A stretch of 64,000 nt of DNA from Dehalococcoidia bacterium. Its GTDB lineage: Bacteria > Chloroflexota > Dehalococcoidia > Plut-88900. The translations under genes were made by a program, and so were the position numbers. Position 1 is the stretch's first letter. Each line of letters opens with the position of its first letter. The stretch spans positions 2,176,001-2,240,000 of the forward strand of contig OZ240219.1 in assembly GCA_965197645.1 (NCBI GenBank), given 5' to 3'. The notes under the pieces are model-generated. The model ran no database searches and was not told where the DNA came from. It saw only the letters and a program-made list of their open reading frames with translations. Below, one piece after another: positions 61,000-64,000 of the stretch.

Positions 61000-61906
61000 C
61001 CGTTCCTCCACCGGTCTGGTCCAACCCCAGAATGCGGGCTGCGTTGAGGCCGAGTATCGCCTCGACATCGTTATCGGTCAACTTCACGCCGAACCTCCGG
61101 CCCGTGGTTGGCAGCTCCCGGAAGACGTTGACGCAATCCATCAAGGGCATCGTACTTCGGAGGCCGGGGAAGTCGCTGCCCCACACCACCCGCTCGATGC
61201 CGAGTCGGTTTCTCATGCGGTCTATCGCGCTTACATACTCTTCCGGTTCGTCGTTGAGGAGTCCCTGCCATTCGGAGAGCTCCAGTATCATGTTGGGGTG
61301 ACTTCGAGCCACCGTAATGCAGTCTTGCCACCAATCGCCGCCGGCGTGTCCCATTATCATTACCAGATTGGGAAAGTCTGCAGCAACCTGATCGTACTCC
61401 AGGGGATGGGTGAACCTGCTGTAGAGGCTGGGATGAATCCCCGGCCCCGAGTGGAACAGCACCGGAATCCCGTGACTTACGCACAGCTCGTAGATCGGGT
61501 AGCATGCCCTATCGTGCGGGAAGTAGCCCACCGTCGGGTGAAACTTGATGCCCCGAACGCCCGACTCTCTTATCGCACAGTCAAAACGGTCGGCCGCACC
61601 GGGTCTGCGTGGGTCGATCCCATAGAACGGAATGATGCGGTCCGGATACAGCTCGCCGGCCCTGGTGATAAAAAGGTTCTCCTCATCGATGTTGAAGGGC
61701 GCCGGACCCAAACGAGGCTCGAAGTCGGCGACGAAGAGGACACTCCGGTCTATTCCGGCGCCGTCCATCTCCTCTACGGTCTCCTTAGCCGTCTCCTCCC
61801 AATCGAAGGTTACGGGTGGAGGCGGTACGTGTCCCGGTACCCCCGCGTAGGCCTCGGGGAACCGTTCCTGTACCGACCACATGTGCCTGTGTATGTCGAT
61901 TATCAT
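60989..61906 (-). CDS. Amidohydrolase family protein
   Basis: IDIHRH, KFHP, FHSG, GHAG and GSDFP motifs. Confidence 0.9.
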   Translation of the reverse strand: MIIDIHRHMWSVQERFPEAYAGVPGHVPPPPVTFDWEETAKETVEEMDGAGIDRSVLFVADFEPRLGPAPFNIDEENLFITRAGELYPDRIIPFYGIDPRRPGAADRFDCAIRESGVRGIKFHPTVGYFPHDRACYPIYELCVSHGIPVLFHSGPGIHPSLYSRFTHPLEYDQVAADFPNLVMIMGHAGGDWWQDCITVARSHPNMILELSEWQGLLNDEPEEYVSAIDRMRNRLGIERVVWGSDFPGLRSTMPLMDCVNVFRELPTTGRRFGVKLTDNDVEAILGLNAARILGLDQTGGGTDGR

Positions 61907-62031
61907 GACGCCGATAAGGGCATGGCGCTAACGATGGCTCAGCGTTGGCGCCGCAGTGATGCCAGCATTATAAACCGAAAACTGGTAACCTTTCTCGATG
62001 AAGGAATCATAGCGAGGTTGAGAGGACTTAC

Positions 62032-62643
62032 ATGAGCACGCAGGACCGACTTGACATGCCCCTCGGCGAGGCTATCTTCACGTTAAGGGCCATCAGGAGG
62101 CTCAAACCCGACCCCATCCCCGACGCCGACATTCGAGACATCCTGGAAGCGACGATCCACGCTCCCAACGGCGGAAACCAGCAGTCCTGGCGATTCATCG
62201 TGGTGACCAACCCCGAGCTGAGGTCCAAGCTGGGAGAGCTGTACCGCGAAGCCTGGTGGGCCAAGCGAAGAGACGACGGCATCAGAGGCCCGGAGGACGT
62301 CCCGCCCGGCAAGGGCGTCATGCGCTCCGCTATGAGACTGGCGGACGAGATCGGCGACTCGCCGGTGATAGTCCTGATGTGCGCCACCGGTACGGGGCCC
62401 GCACAAGCCGCATCGATAATACCGGCGGCCCAGAACATGCTACTGGCCGCCAGGGCCCTGGGCATTGGCGGCACCATCACCACCCTTCACCCCCAGGTCG
62501 ATGAACGAGTCAACAGCCTGTTCGGCATACCGGATACCGCTCAGGTGGTCTACTGCATTCCGCTGGGCTATCCGAGGGGCCGCTTTGGGCCCACAAGCAG
62601 AAAGCCCCAGGACGAGGTCTGCTCCTACAACAGCTGGGAGTAA
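62032..62643 (+). CDS. Nitroreductase family protein
   Basis: RAIRR, APNGGN.Q.W, QNMLLAARALG and LGYP motifs. Confidence 0.9.
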   Translation: MSTQDRLDMPLGEAIFTLRAIRRLKPDPIPDADIRDILEATIHAPNGGNQQSWRFIVVTNPELRSKLGELYREAWWAKRRDDGIRGPEDVPPGKGVMRSAMRLADEIGDSPVIVLMCATGTGPAQAASIIPAAQNMLLAARALGIGGTITTLHPQVDERVNSLFGIPDTAQVVYCIPLGYPRGRFGPTSRKPQDEVCSYNSWE

Positions 62644-62689
62644 CCGTTCGAGAAGCCAGGCACGCCGGGGGACGACGGGCTGCAGATGA

Positions 62690-63880
62690 CTAGCCCACCG
62701 TGCTGCTGCTAAACAGCTCCTTCACCTCGTTGGGCGTGAATCCGGCCTCTTCCAGGATCTCCCTGGTGTGCTCCCCGAGGAGGGGCGCACGCCGCTTCAC
62801 CTTGCCGGGATTGGCCTTGATCCTTAGCGGGATGTTGACCATCTCGGTCTTGCCGACGCCCGGATAGTCCATGGTCAAACCGTAGCCGTTGGCTTTCACC
62901 TGCTCGCTCTGGAGGACGTGCTTTCGGTTGACCACCGGGGCACACGGAACGTCGTTTTCCTTGAGGACTGTCAGCCACTCGTCCAGTGGCTTGGTGGACA
63001 AGAGGCCATCTAGGAGCTCCCGTAGCAGCCCACTGTGCTTGGTCCTGCTCAGGGCCGTCGCAAACCTCTCGTCCTCCGCCAGGTGAGGCTCACCCAGGGC
63101 GTGACACAGGGAGACAAACTCCCCGTCGCTGATGATGACGATGTCTATCCACTTGTCATCCGAGCACCTGTAGGGGAGGTAGAGGGTCTGGTGGGCATGC
63201 TCCATATTTCCGTTTTGAGGGGCCGACTCGGCGTCCAGCCCGACCATGTCGACCGCCTGCATCGCCATAGCCATGTGCAGAAGAGAGGTCTCGATCTCCT
63301 GGCCCTGTCCGGTCCTCTCTCGATGAAGCAACGCCAGGGCCACGCCGTAGCACACTGCCCATGGAGTCGACATGTCGGAGGCCCATATCCCCGTGGCTAC
63401 CGGAGGCGAGTCCGGCGAGGCCTGCCGCATCATGCCAGACATCGCCTGAAACAGCCGATCGTAGCCTCGCCGGCCGGCGTAGGGGCCCTCGTCACCGAAC
63501 GCGCTCAGCCTGGCGTAGATGAGACGGGGGTTGACACGCCGGAGCGACTCGTAGTCGTACCCCAGCCGCCGTGCGCCCTCCAACCGGAAGTTGTTGAGGA
63601 CCACGTCGCACCACTTCACCAGCCGGTGGATGATCTCCTTGCCCTCGGGGCGGGCGATGTTCACGGCTATGCTCCGCTTTCCCCGGCCTGCGATGATCCA
63701 TGAGCGGCTCTCGTTGTTGGGCATGGGAGAGCTGCTGAACGTCCTTCGAGCGTTGTCGCCGGCCAGCGGCTCCACCTTGATCACCTCTGCACCCTGATCC
63801 GCTAGATAGGCCCCCGCCAACGGGATCGCCCACATGGATGCCAGGTCCAGGACTTTGACGCCTTCGAGAACTCCAGGCAT
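62690..63880 (-). CDS. CaiB/BaiF family III CoA-transferase
   Basis: VIKVEP..GD, GKRS, NFR, GYD and APLLGEHT motifs; catalytic Asp in WASD. Confidence 0.92.
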   Translation of the reverse strand: MPGVLEGVKVLDLASMWAIPLAGAYLADQGAEVIKVEPLAGDNARRTFSSSPMPNNESRSWIIAGRGKRSIAVNIARPEGKEIIHRLVKWCDVVLNNFRLEGARRLGYDYESLRRVNPRLIYARLSAFGDEGPYAGRRGYDRLFQAMSGMMRQASPDSPPVATGIWASDMSTPWAVCYGVALALLHRERTGQGQEIETSLLHMAMAMQAVDMVGLDAESAPQNGNMEHAHQTLYLPYRCSDDKWIDIVIISDGEFVSLCHALGEPHLAEDERFATALSRTKHSGLLRELLDGLLSTKPLDEWLTVLKENDVPCAPVVNRKHVLQSEQVKANGYGLTMDYPGVGKTEMVNIPLRIKANPGKVKRRAPLLGEHTREILEEAGFTPNEVKELFSSSTVG

Positions 63881-64000
63881 TTTCACTCCTCCAGGTTTGA
63901 AAAGGCAAGTGGGAACCATCATTATAAGCCCTGGACAAAAAGGGGGGCGGATGAGATTAAACAGTCGGGACGTAGTGAACGTACTCTTCCGGCAGACCGG

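Overview
GC-rich bacterial chromosomal window with about 55 real genes. The gene content (F420-dependent LLM/PPOX enzymes, many amidohydrolase/amidase/enolase/CoA-transferase paralogs, a DUF5679 mini-protein, a GAAC-N4-GTTC SOS box) suggests Chloroflexota, Dehalococcoidia/SAR202-like; this is an inference. From left to right: (1) a Qrc/alternative-complex-III-like respiratory operon running off the left edge; (2) a stand-alone ftsZ paralog divergent from a DUF5343-like gene; (3) a lipid operon (NTP-transferase, acyl-CoA reductase-acyltransferase fusion, HAD phosphatase, Zn dehydrogenase, LarA-superfamily protein, DAG kinase) resembling ether-lipid clusters, with larE 40 kb away; (4) many catabolic enzymes; (5) a DsbA/FrnE-family gene with an in-frame TGA in a UxxC motif plus a SECIS-like hairpin, a probable selenoprotein missed by the ORF track; (6) an E1a/E1b/E2 dehydrogenase operon without E3, ending in a frameshifted HEAT-repeat gene; (7) an orphan urease-alpha homolog with an altered active site; (8) a radical SAM gene with a LexA box next to a small low-GC island; (9) a long catabolic run including a triple-Rid protein. 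Five intergenic regions carry a family of nested MITE/REP-like repeats. No rRNA, tRNA or CRISPR array was recognised. All calls come from reading motifs by eye; no searches were run.
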